Made by a program: the position numbers and the translations under genes
Source: an uncultured Phycisphaerales bacterium
GTDB lineage: Bacteria > Planctomycetota > Phycisphaerae > Sedimentisphaerales > Anaerobacaceae
Assembly: GCA_963772725.1 (NCBI GenBank)
Contig: CAVYYI010000001.1
Location: 1,120,001 to 1,184,000 of the forward strand
DNA: 64,000 nucleotides
Direction: 5' to 3'
The notes under the pieces: model-generated
What the model was told of the DNA's origin: nothing
Seen by the model: the letters and a program-made list of their open reading frames with translations, nothing else
The model's database searches: none
Shown here: piece by piece, positions 1-8,397 of the stretch
Position numbering within the stretch: position 1 is the first letter of the stretch
Layout: each line of letters begins with the position of its first letter

Positions 1-1
1 C

Positions 2-976
2 GATATGATGTACGCTGAAGCGCCGGATATACCGCCCGGCAAAATCCTCAACATACCGATGAAGCGGCTCAGCTCTCTTCGCAGAAGCGTCTTCAAGGAT
101 ATTATCATAAAGGCCAAAAAGGCCAAGAATCTTATTGTCAATACTCACGCAACGTTCCGGTGGCGGCACGGCCTGTTCCCCGCCGTTGATTTTGACCAGA
201 TGCGTCAGCTTGATGCGGATATTTACATTAATCTTATTGACGGGGTAGCCGTCCTGCACTCGCGGCTTTGCGATGAGCATTCTATCGAGCATAGTCTTAA
301 GGATTTGATTGTCTGGCGGGAAGAGGAAATTATCGGGACGGAAATGATTTGCAGGGCGATTAATGACAGGACGCCATTTTACTGCCTGGCACGCGGGATT
401 GAAAACGAAACAGTCGCGACATTTTACGGACTGGTTTTTGAACGTTCCAGAAAAAAAGCATATATTAGTTTTCCAATGACACACGTTGTTGACAGGCAGG
501 AAATTCGCGGAGAAATCAACGGGTTTCGCCGGCTAATGAAAGAGCATTTCATCTGCTTTGACCCGGCTGACCTTGAGGAGGCGTATTTGCCGCATTATGC
601 CCGCCAGGCAGAGCAAAAAGGTATCGACTCTGTCGAAGTAACAGCAGGCGGATATACGGTTCGGCTGGAGGTTGACCAAATACGGCAGATTGAGCGTGAT
701 ATAAACAGCCAGACTTACGCGAGGGACTTTTTACTGATTGACCAGGCCGACATGATAATAAGTTTTATCCCTGTGCTTGCCGACGGCAGAGCCTCGGTAT
801 CCAGCGGTGTTGAGAGGGAATTGCAGCACGCCCACGAGGCCGCCAAGGAAGTTTATGTTATCTGGCCCTCTAAACAGAGACCTTCGGTTTTTGTTACACA
901 AACCGCGACAAAAATGTTTGCCTGTCCCACGGAGGCGATAGAGTTTTTCAAAAAGAAAAAATACATTACTGTTTAG
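2..976 (+). CDS. 5'-truncated protein: nucleotide-kinase-like (archaeal adenylate kinase-like) N-terminal part fused to a nucleoside 2'-deoxyribosyltransferase-like C-terminal domain
   Basis: Frame is open from the window edge. IVNTHATFRWRHG resembles the archaeal AdkA DTH motif; AYISFPM...RDFLLIDQADMII...SSGVERELQHA is NDT-like. Directly upstream of deoC. Confidence 0.55.
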   Translation, partial: DMMYAEAPDIPPGKILNIPMKRLSSLRRSVFKDIIIKAKKAKNLIVNTHATFRWRHGLFPAVDFDQMRQLDADIYINLIDGVAVLHSRLCDEHSIEHSLKDLIVWREEEIIGTEMICRAINDRTPFYCLARGIENETVATFYGLVFERSRKKAYISFPMTHVVDRQEIRGEINGFRRLMKEHFICFDPADLEEAYLPHYARQAEQKGIDSVEVTAGGYTVRLEVDQIRQIERDINSQTYARDFLLIDQADMIISFIPVLADGRASVSSGVERELQHAHEAAKEVYVIWPSKQRPSVFVTQTATKMFACPTEAIEFFKKKKYITV

Positions 977-1002
977 CCACAGAGGACACAGAGGTCACAG
1001 AG
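972..1002 (+). repeat. 9-bp-period repeat arm (tttagccacagaggacacagaggtcacagag)
   Basis: First 22 nt identical to 2657-2678; both copies overlap a TAG stop codon. Confidence 0.85.
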
Positions 1003-1019
1003 AAATAAAAGGTAAAGAT

Positions 1020-1706
1020 ATGGAAACAAAAGATATACTGGGCTGTATAGACCATACGCTGTTAAAGGCGGAGACTACCAGCGCACAAGTTGAGCAGTTG
1101 TGTAATGAGGCCATCAAGTACGGATTTTATTCTGTGTGCGTGAATCCGCGATGGATGGATTTTGCCGCTGAGAGGCTTCATGGCTCGAAGATAAAACTCA
1201 ACGGCGTGGTCAGTCTGCCATTAGGCGGTGATACCACAAAAATCAAGGTCGCACAGGCAAAAGAGGTTATCTTTGCCGGCGCAGACGAGGTCGATATGGT
1301 CGCTGACATAGCAGCTATTATCGAGGGTGACGCAAAATATCTGCTCAATCAGTTGATTGAGGTATTGAAAGTTTGCCGTTCGATGAGACCGGCGGTTGTA
1401 CTGAAGGTAATAATTGAATCGGCGGCGTTAACGCTGGAGCAGAAAATTTTTGCCTGCCAGATTGCGCAGCAGGCAGGCGTCGATTTCATAAAGACAAGTA
1501 CCGGGCTTCATCCTGCCGGCGGCGCAACGGTCGAAGACGTGAAACTTATGAAAGAAACAGCTCCAAAATGCAGAATTAAAGCCGCGGGCGGAATAAGAAC
1601 AGCCAAACAGGTTATAGAAATGCTTAACGCCGGCGCGGAACGAATCGGCACATCTTCCGGTGTAAAAATCGCCGCTGAACTGATAGCCACGAATGGACAC
1701 GAATAA
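1020..1706 (+). CDS. deoC: deoxyribose-phosphate aldolase
   Basis: IDHTLLK, SVCVNP, GADEVDMV, LKVIIE, DFIKTSTG, IKAAGGIR and RIGTSSG motifs. Confidence 0.96.
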   Translation: METKDILGCIDHTLLKAETTSAQVEQLCNEAIKYGFYSVCVNPRWMDFAAERLHGSKIKLNGVVSLPLGGDTTKIKVAQAKEVIFAGADEVDMVADIAAIIEGDAKYLLNQLIEVLKVCRSMRPAVVLKVIIESAALTLEQKIFACQIAQQAGVDFIKTSTGLHPAGGATVEDVKLMKETAPKCRIKAAGGIRTAKQVIEMLNAGAERIGTSSGVKIAAELIATNGHE

Positions 1707-1710
1707 ACAC
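1684..1710 (+). repeat. 10-bp-period left arm (tagccacgaatggacacgaataaacac)
   Basis: Overlaps the last codons and stop of deoC; inverted counterpart at 8370-8386. Confidence 0.75.
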
Positions 1711-2048
1711 TTTTTTTAGACGACATGTCAAACTTGACATTCGATTTTTCCTCATGAAAAATAGTTTTTCAAGCTTGATATGCGACAGAGCAAGTTCACA
1801 TCGAGCCAATGTAAATTTACAGCGGCCCAATGCAAATTTTAAGCATCGAAAAACTAATCTTAACCTCTTTATTTGGCGTAACTTATGTATTTTTAGCCGT
1901 TTTAAGCGTGGAAAATCCCTGTTTTTCTGTTAAGGCATATCCTTAATCTTCCGAAAGCACAGGTAAATATTTGAATTTTGGTTATTCGAGATTGTTTCGG
2001 ATTTCGTTATTCGGATTTTATAATATTTTTTAATAAGGGGGGTTAATT

Positions 2049-2661
2049 ATGTGCCAGTTGCCGAGAACCCAGCCAAATTCGGTAGCGTTAACAGAACAGA
2101 TGATTTACGGCTTTACCGAATATCCCGATACCTTTCCATCGGCGGATATTGAAAAGCTGCAGAATATGCTCGAAAAATTCAACAGCGCCAAAAAGGAATT
2201 TAACGACTGTCTGTCCCTTTACAGGCAGGCAGGAGATAAGCAAAAGCAGGCCTTCGAGGATTTAAATGTCGTCATAGCCAATCAGGTAAAATCCGCTCAG
2301 GTCGATACCGCTGATAATCCTGAAAAACTCGGCCTTATCGGCTTTGGCGAAAGGAAAGAGAACATCCGTCAATCTGCCCGCCCAGCCGGAACTTCTAAGG
2401 GCAGAATCCATAGCCGCAGGCGTAGTAAAGCTGCAATGGCAAAAGCGATTAACAAAAGACAGCGGCCCTGTTAGAAGTTTTATCATCGAATCGAGAATAA
2501 TGAAAGATACCATCGGCAACTGGCGTCTGGCGGGAATGTCCTTTGATTGCCAAACTGTCTTAAAAGACCAGCCGCAAGGCGTAAAATTGGAATATCGTGT
2601 AATCGCCGCAAATCATTCAGGAAAAAGCTGCGCAAGCAATACGCTAACAGTAATACTTTAG
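2049..2661 (+). CDS. Helical N-terminal domain plus C-terminal fibronectin type III domain protein (one frameshift near 2350)
   Basis: ORFs 2049-2474 and 2344-2661 join; LPAQPELL...VKLQW...EYRVIAANHSGKS is an Fn3 signature. Confidence 0.7.
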
Positions 2662-2721
2662 CCACAGAGGACACAGAGTTCGCAGAGTTTTTTCTTTGAC
2701 ATGGATTCACACGGAATTACA

Positions 2722-3949
2722 CAGGGCAAACGCATCTAAATTTGTAGTACTTTCAGCAAATATTGCTCATCCCATCCAGCTTTGTGCTGTTTGGCTTTAA
2801 TCCCGCGTTTCAAGGTTTTTTCCTGTTTTAGCAGATTCAGGGCTATCCGACGCAACCGAGAAAAATTTTCTGCTCCGAAGTCTTTGCGAATACGGCAGTT
2901 GTCCTCGCCAAAGCTCACATCAAGACTCCAGTGCAGTTTATTTTCAACGCCCCAATGTTCTCGAATTATTTGCCCCATCGCTCTGGCGTCTTTTCCGGCA
3001 AGACTGCTTATAAAGTAACGCCTTTCAACGGTGGTTTTATCGCTCTGAACTCTTTGCGATTCAACCGCTATCAGGCTCAACAAGCCCTGCCATTGTTTAA
3101 GGTCCTGCATCCATTGGACATTCTCACTGCACCATATTTTCCGAGTCTCTACTCGGCCATGACCGCCATCGGTATCACAACTGTAATCACAACTGCCCCT
3201 ATTGGCAATAGCATCGTCCATAAACAATTTGACCTCTTCGTGCAATGTGCCATGATTACCTTTTAAACTGAAAACGTAGTCCCCGTTGCCGTCGATTATT
3301 TTTTCAGCTATCTTCTTCTGACAACCCATTGCATCTATAGTTACCACAGAACCATCTAAAACCAGCATTTCAAGCAATTTTGGGATAGCGGTGATTTCAT
3401 TGCTCTTGCCGTCCGTAACGACCTGGCCAAAGACCATTTTATTCTCGCAAGCCCATGCACTAACCATGTGAATCGCCGCCTTGCGGTTGGCTGTATCAAA
3501 CGATCTTCGCAGAGTTTTGCCGTCAATCGCTATTATTTTTTCACCCGTGTTTTTAGCAAGAGCCTGTATCCATCTCTGAAAACGCTGCTCAAAATCATCC
3601 GGCTTTATCGAAGAAACCACACGTGCAAAAGTGTCATGGGATGGTATGCCGTTGGGCAATTCCAAAAAACTCTCCAGCCACTGCTGTTTGCATTGGCCAA
3701 ACAATTCAATTTCATTCCATCCTTCCGCTCCGCAGATGACCGCACAAATTGTGATAGCCAAAATATCTTCCAATTTGTGCAATTTTGTTCGCTCAACCCG
3801 GGGATCAGGCAGGTCTGAAAAATAATCCAGCAGTGTTTTGTCCATTCTAAATTCCTGTATAGCAATAATATAAGTTTCCATACAGAAGTTATCGGGCTAT
3901 TCCAAGAACTAACCTGAATTAACAATAAAATTTAGATGCGTTTGCCCTG
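2722..3949 (-). mobile_element. ISAs1-family insertion sequence, complete
   Basis: Perfect 22-bp terminal inverted repeats cagggcaaacgcatctaaattt (2722-2743 / 3928-3949); 10-bp target duplication cggaattaca at 2712-2721 and 3950-3959. Confidence 0.97.
2736..3845 (-). CDS. ISAs1-family DDE transposase
   Basis: DPRVERTKLHKL, GIPSHDTF, IAIDGKTLRRS, KSNEITAIP, TIDAMGCQ and HWGVENKLHWSLDVSF motifs; alternative start 3881. Confidence 0.97.
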   Translation of the reverse strand: MDKTLLDYFSDLPDPRVERTKLHKLEDILAITICAVICGAEGWNEIELFGQCKQQWLESFLELPNGIPSHDTFARVVSSIKPDDFEQRFQRWIQALAKNTGEKIIAIDGKTLRRSFDTANRKAAIHMVSAWACENKMVFGQVVTDGKSNEITAIPKLLEMLVLDGSVVTIDAMGCQKKIAEKIIDGNGDYVFSLKGNHGTLHEEVKLFMDDAIANRGSCDYSCDTDGGHGRVETRKIWCSENVQWMQDLKQWQGLLSLIAVESQRVQSDKTTVERRYFISSLAGKDARAMGQIIREHWGVENKLHWSLDVSFGEDNCRIRKDFGAENFSRLRRIALNLLKQEKTLKRGIKAKQHKAGWDEQYLLKVLQI

Positions 3950-3992
3950 CGGAATTACACGGTTTCCTTTAAAAGATTAAGGAATTATCTTA

Positions 3993-4610
3993 TCATTTTC
4001 GTTTTTCTTCTGTATTTAACAATTTTTCGAGTTTTTCTATTCGTACCTCTATTTGCGTTATCTCATTTTCCCTAAAATCTTTGCTGTTTTTTTGAATATC
4101 CATAATAGATGATTTAAGAGAATTTATTTCGGACACACATCGTACCAACACTTCTTTATTAGGGTTTATATTATCCAATTTTGCTTCTAAATGGGCTACC
4201 CTTTCTCGTAAATTCATTAAGTTATCGCTTATTTTTTCTGTGTTCAATTTCGAATCGTTTACAAGTGAACTTACATTTTCTACCTTCATTTTTAGTGAGA
4301 CATAAAAAGCTACAATTGTTGCTACTAATATTATAAGGCCAATGAGACTACCTATAGCTTGCCAAGGAATCTTTTTCGGCTTAGTTGAAATTCGAGTTCT
4401 TTTTTCTTTAACTCCTGTAGTTGTATGTTTTGATTCTACTGGTTCCGCTTCAAATTTCTCAAGAGGAGATGTTTGAGCTTCATCTGTTGGATTCGTAATA
4501 GGAGCTGTCCGAATCAAATCATCATAACCAGAACGCTCCTGGGTAGTTTTGACTACGTGTGAACGTCCCCCGGAGAATACTTGTTTTTTGTTTTTATGAT
4601 TCTTTCCCAA
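3993..4610 (-). CDS. Hypothetical single-pass membrane protein with C-terminal coiled coil
   Basis: 205-aa ORF; TM segment WQAIGSLIGLIILVATIVAFYVSL followed by a heptad-rich region; AT-rich. Confidence 0.7.
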   Translation of the reverse strand: MGKNHKNKKQVFSGGRSHVVKTTQERSGYDDLIRTAPITNPTDEAQTSPLEKFEAEPVESKHTTTGVKEKRTRISTKPKKIPWQAIGSLIGLIILVATIVAFYVSLKMKVENVSSLVNDSKLNTEKISDNLMNLRERVAHLEAKLDNINPNKEVLVRCVSEINSLKSSIMDIQKNSKDFRENEITQIEVRIEKLEKLLNTEEKRK

Positions 4611-5287
4611 AACCGATACCCTTCAAAATATCCTCTATCCTTGATTCCATAAGTTGTTGGCAACTTGTCAAATGGCTTTCAAATAATTTGGAATTTAAGG
4701 GCCGTTGTGGATCAAAGATTCTTTGTATATCCACCGAAATTAGCCCTATTCTAGGTTTTTCTTTTATTTCTTTATTCTCTTTCTCACCCCAAAGTTCTGC
4801 CTGTGGAGTATCATGAACGGTTAGTATAATATTAATATAATCATTCAATTCCTTATGAATCCAACTTTCTTCAATTTTTTTACGAAATGTTACACGAGCA
4901 TGTACTTCAGCCGGATGTTCTTTAGGTGTTAATTGAAACTTTAGGGTTTTTGTAATTAGATTTTCCGCGACAGGATGTTTAAACCGATCACGTTCTTCTA
5001 TAGAGCTTTCTATCGAACGTCCATATCATCCCGAAAAAAATCAAAGTTGGATTCTTAATCAAAGATAATGTTCCCATCATCAGATGACATGACTTTGTTA
5101 CGATTTCATTAATACCTTCAAGGTTCTTTGAAATACCTGTTGTTCTTTCTTGGAAAACCATTTGATCTGGTGTAACTAGAAATCGTCTATTTTCTTCATC
5201 ATTGAGAAGTTCAACACCGTTTCCTAAAGATATTTTATCATAGTATTTTTCGGGGATAGGAGAATCTTTAACACCACGCTCCCCTAA

Positions 5288-6414
5288 TATACTACTCTTG
5301 ATTGAAAAATTCCGTATTTTTCAATCAAAAAGCACCTTCTGTCCGATAAACAGCGTATATGAAGGATTATAAGTTGTCAAAAGAAAAAATAGCTGAACTG
5401 GAGGCATTGCATCGTTCGTTGCGTGATAAGCGTCAGGCCGACCGGGTCAAAGCGGTCATTGCTTTAGCAAAGGGATGGTCGGCGGCTCAGGTGGCCGAGA
5501 TACTTCTTTTCGATGAGAAGACATCACGGGGCTATTTCGAGCGGTATCGGCAAGACGGTTTCCAGGCATTGCTGGATGACAACTATCCCGGCGCAGAACC
5601 GAAACTCGATGAACATCAAATGAGCGAACTTGAGGCATATCTCGAAGATCATATTTTCCCCGATGCCAAATCGGTTATCGCTCACATTGACAAGCAGTAT
5701 GTGGTCCATTACTCCGTCAGCGGAGTCACCGATTTGCTGCATCGTCTTGGATTTTCCTACAAGAAGCCGACACATGTTCCCGGTAAACAAGACCCCATCA
5801 AGCAACAGGCATTTCTCGAGGAATATGAACAGATCAAGGCAAGCAAAAGTCAAAACGACCCAATTTATTTCGCCGATGCCACCCACCCGCAGCACAACAG
5901 CATTCCTTCTTACGGCTGGATTAAGACGGGAAAGGAAAAAGAACTCAAAGCCAACTGTGGCCGCCAGCGATTGAATATCAATGGTGCGATTAACATCGAA
6001 ACACTGGAGCCAACGACAGGGTTTTATGACACGATCAATGCGAATTCGACCATTGATTTGTTCTCTAAGATCGAAGCAAAACATCCGGAGGCCAAAAGGA
6101 TTTACATCATTGTTGACAATGCTCGATATTATCGTTCACGTTTGTTAAAAGAGTATACCGAGGGCACGAAAATCAAATTGATCTTTTTGCCGTCATACTC
6201 GCCGAATCTGAATCTGATTGAACGGTACTGGAAGTTTTTTAAGAAAAAAGTGCTGAACAATCGCTACTATGAAACGTTTGGTGAATTCAAGCGAGCATGT
6301 GAGAGCTTTTTCCGGAAGAGAAAGAAATATTTGCCGGAACTGAGAGCATTACTGACAGAAAACTTTCACATTCAAGCTGCATAAAAACAGGAAAATTCAA
6401 TCGTAAGCAGTATA
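5288..6414 (+). mobile_element. IS630-family insertion sequence
   Basis: Imperfect TIRs tatactactcttgattgaa / ttcaatcgtaagcagtata with TA duplication at 5288-5289 and 6413-6414. Confidence 0.9.
5359..6384 (+). CDS. IS630-family transposase
   Basis: N-terminal HTH, LHRLGFSYKKP, IYFADA, IIVDNARYY, FLPSYSPNLNLIERYW. Confidence 0.96.
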   Translation: MKDYKLSKEKIAELEALHRSLRDKRQADRVKAVIALAKGWSAAQVAEILLFDEKTSRGYFERYRQDGFQALLDDNYPGAEPKLDEHQMSELEAYLEDHIFPDAKSVIAHIDKQYVVHYSVSGVTDLLHRLGFSYKKPTHVPGKQDPIKQQAFLEEYEQIKASKSQNDPIYFADATHPQHNSIPSYGWIKTGKEKELKANCGRQRLNINGAINIETLEPTTGFYDTINANSTIDLFSKIEAKHPEAKRIYIIVDNARYYRSRLLKEYTEGTKIKLIFLPSYSPNLNLIERYWKFFKKKVLNNRYYETFGEFKRACESFFRKRKKYLPELRALLTENFHIQAA

Positions 6415-6774
6415 CATAATCAGCTATAGTTCCTGAGACGCTTTGAACAGTGAAGCATCGTGTATATTTACAACCTACGGCGAAAGAATAAAGATTATAT
6501 TTTGGTATTTCTAACATAGCTATCTCCTATCATATTTCAGAAAGAAATTATTGGTCATGATTTTTATTTCATCCTATCTTGCTATTTATCTTGTGACAAC
6601 AATTGTTCAGATATTTGTTTTTTTAATTCCCTTCCACTATTTTTATTTCTTCCGGGATTAGGTCATAAAGTTTATAAGCCATCTGAGTGACTTTTTCAAT
6701 CTAAAATTGAAATGTCTATCCCTTGAACCCTATTTCTATCCATATTTATTAACCTCATTATAATTTATTAACAA

Positions 6775-7809
6775 CTACAAATAACTTGTGTAAAATGTCT
6801 CTGTCTGATATTCTGGTGATTCCAAAAGTCTTAACGAATCTCTATATCGTTTATATAATGGTGTTTGAGGATATCGAAATTCTACTTTCATTTGATAATC
6901 ACAACCATCACCACTTGATGTAACATCTGCAATCATTCTGCCATATGCTTCATCAGGGTCTACGGCTAATAGACTGTGGGTGGGACAACACGAGAGTAAA
7001 TGGAGTTGGATTCTTTGTGCAACATCCTTTCGCAGACGCATTGTGCGACCCCATTCTTTGAAAAGATCGATGAAGTCTTGTATCTTTTTGGGTATTTGAT
7101 CACCATAAGGATAAATTATCTTGAGATTATCTATGGGAGCTTTGCTAATATCTGGTACATATAAATCCACAGTTCCTTCACAATGTTTTCTAGCCCATTT
7201 GGCAATAGGACTTCCGACATCTGCCCCAAAAAGGTTTGCGTAGAAGAAACCGACAGCAACTATATGTTTCTTGGCGGAACTTACGAATTGATGTTGGTCA
7301 CATCCTTCAATACCATTAGACCTTTGTCGGCGATGATTCATATCGTCATATGAGTGAAACACATCATAAACCCCAATTCGTTGCAGTGATCTATAATTAA
7401 TGAAGAAACGTGCAATATCCTCCGTAGCTCTTATCTGTGATTCTAAGTCATTAGGTGGGAATGAATAGTCGACATATAAGCGTTTTCCGATTTCTTGAGG
7501 CACCTCAAATTCTTTTACTTTTATATAAATTACTTGTATATGGCGACCACTTCTACTCGCATCTTTAGCACATTCTTGTTCCCACTTGACCCATTTAGCA
7601 TGTAGTGATTCAGCACTCATGATTACAAGTATAATATCGCATTGATTACCGATAGCCAGATTAATTGATTTTTCAATATCCAAACCAGGGTTTATTTCGT
7701 ATCTGTCTTTCCAAGGATGTGGTAGCCCCATATTATTTAAAGTCTTTTCGACACGATATACCTCCTTCTCATCTGAATGGGTATAAGAAATAAATACTCT
7801 TGGTTTCAT
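6775..7809 (-). CDS. TIR-domain protein with uncharacterised C-terminal domain
   Basis: VFISYTHSD...WKDRYEINPG...SAESLHAKWVKWE is the bacterial TIR_2 pattern with the conserved Glu; AT-rich. Confidence 0.85.
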   Translation of the reverse strand: MKPRVFISYTHSDEKEVYRVEKTLNNMGLPHPWKDRYEINPGLDIEKSINLAIGNQCDIILVIMSAESLHAKWVKWEQECAKDASRSGRHIQVIYIKVKEFEVPQEIGKRLYVDYSFPPNDLESQIRATEDIARFFINYRSLQRIGVYDVFHSYDDMNHRRQRSNGIEGCDQHQFVSSAKKHIVAVGFFYANLFGADVGSPIAKWARKHCEGTVDLYVPDISKAPIDNLKIIYPYGDQIPKKIQDFIDLFKEWGRTMRLRKDVAQRIQLHLLSCCPTHSLLAVDPDEAYGRMIADVTSSGDGCDYQMKVEFRYPQTPLYKRYRDSLRLLESPEYQTETFYTSYL

Positions 7810-8096
7810 TTTTTATCCTTTCGAGAAATTAACCTGTTTTGCCTTGACACAGTCGGAAAGGAGGTTACAGAAATTAATGAGATTGAGCTCTGAATGACTA
7901 CTCAATCCCGCCCGACGGTGTATCGCCTAACCGGCCGTTCATAATCTGGTTATATTATATAGAACTTTTATATGGGGACAAGGAAAAACCTTAAAAAAAG
8001 ATATAAGGGCAAAGGAGCTTATGACTTATATCTTAAATCTAAATCAGTATAATTCCGTCAAAAAAAGCCTCCGCGGCGCTTGAGCGGAATAAAAAT

Positions 8097-8386
8097 AATC
8101 AGTGTTATTCGGTGTTAATCAGTGTCGAAACAATTTTCGATTTTGGATTTTCGATTTCCGATTGAAAAAATCTGTGAAAATCTGCGTTAATCTGTGGTTA
8201 ATATTAGTTTTGAGTTAAAAATCAGCGGTATCAGACTTCGACGAGCTCCGTTCGAGTCGTGAAATCTGCGATTAAATTTTGGATTTTCGATTTAAACGGC
8301 AACCACACAATACGCACTGCGCACAACGCAATACGAATTAATCTGTGTCTGATTTTTTTGTGTCTTTTTGTGTTCATTCGTGGTTA
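8097..8386 (+). repeat. Stack of about 7 short-period repeat arms (10-bp aatcwgtgtt-type; 7-bp attttcg- and aatacgc-types)
   Basis: Visible tandem units at 8097-8126, 8133-8164, 8169-8200, 8220-8271, 8276-8293, 8309-8336 and 8356-8386. Confidence 0.85.
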
Positions 8387-8397
8387 AATAAAATTCT

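Larger units (their letters stand above)
4594..6517 (-). pseudogene. Hypothetical gene interrupted by IS630 (plus one frameshift near 5000)
   Basis: Removing the IS and one TA copy gives an in-frame join ...GTIADYV|LGERGVKDSPIPEKYY...; after a frameshift it continues into ORF 4594-4848. Confidence 0.75.

Noticed and set aside
7830..7945. Riboswitch or ncRNA upstream of the TIR gene (gattgag...ctcaatc hairpin)
   Set aside because: Only a short hairpin; no Rfam-type consensus recognisable by eye
8097..8386. Possible CRISPR array
   Set aside because: Units are 7-10 bp tandem repeats without constant-length unique spacers; no cas genes in the window
1684..8386. Integron with attC sites
   Set aside because: No tyrosine integrase; arms lack the RYYYAAC...GTTRRRY architecture and cargo genes are in mixed orientation
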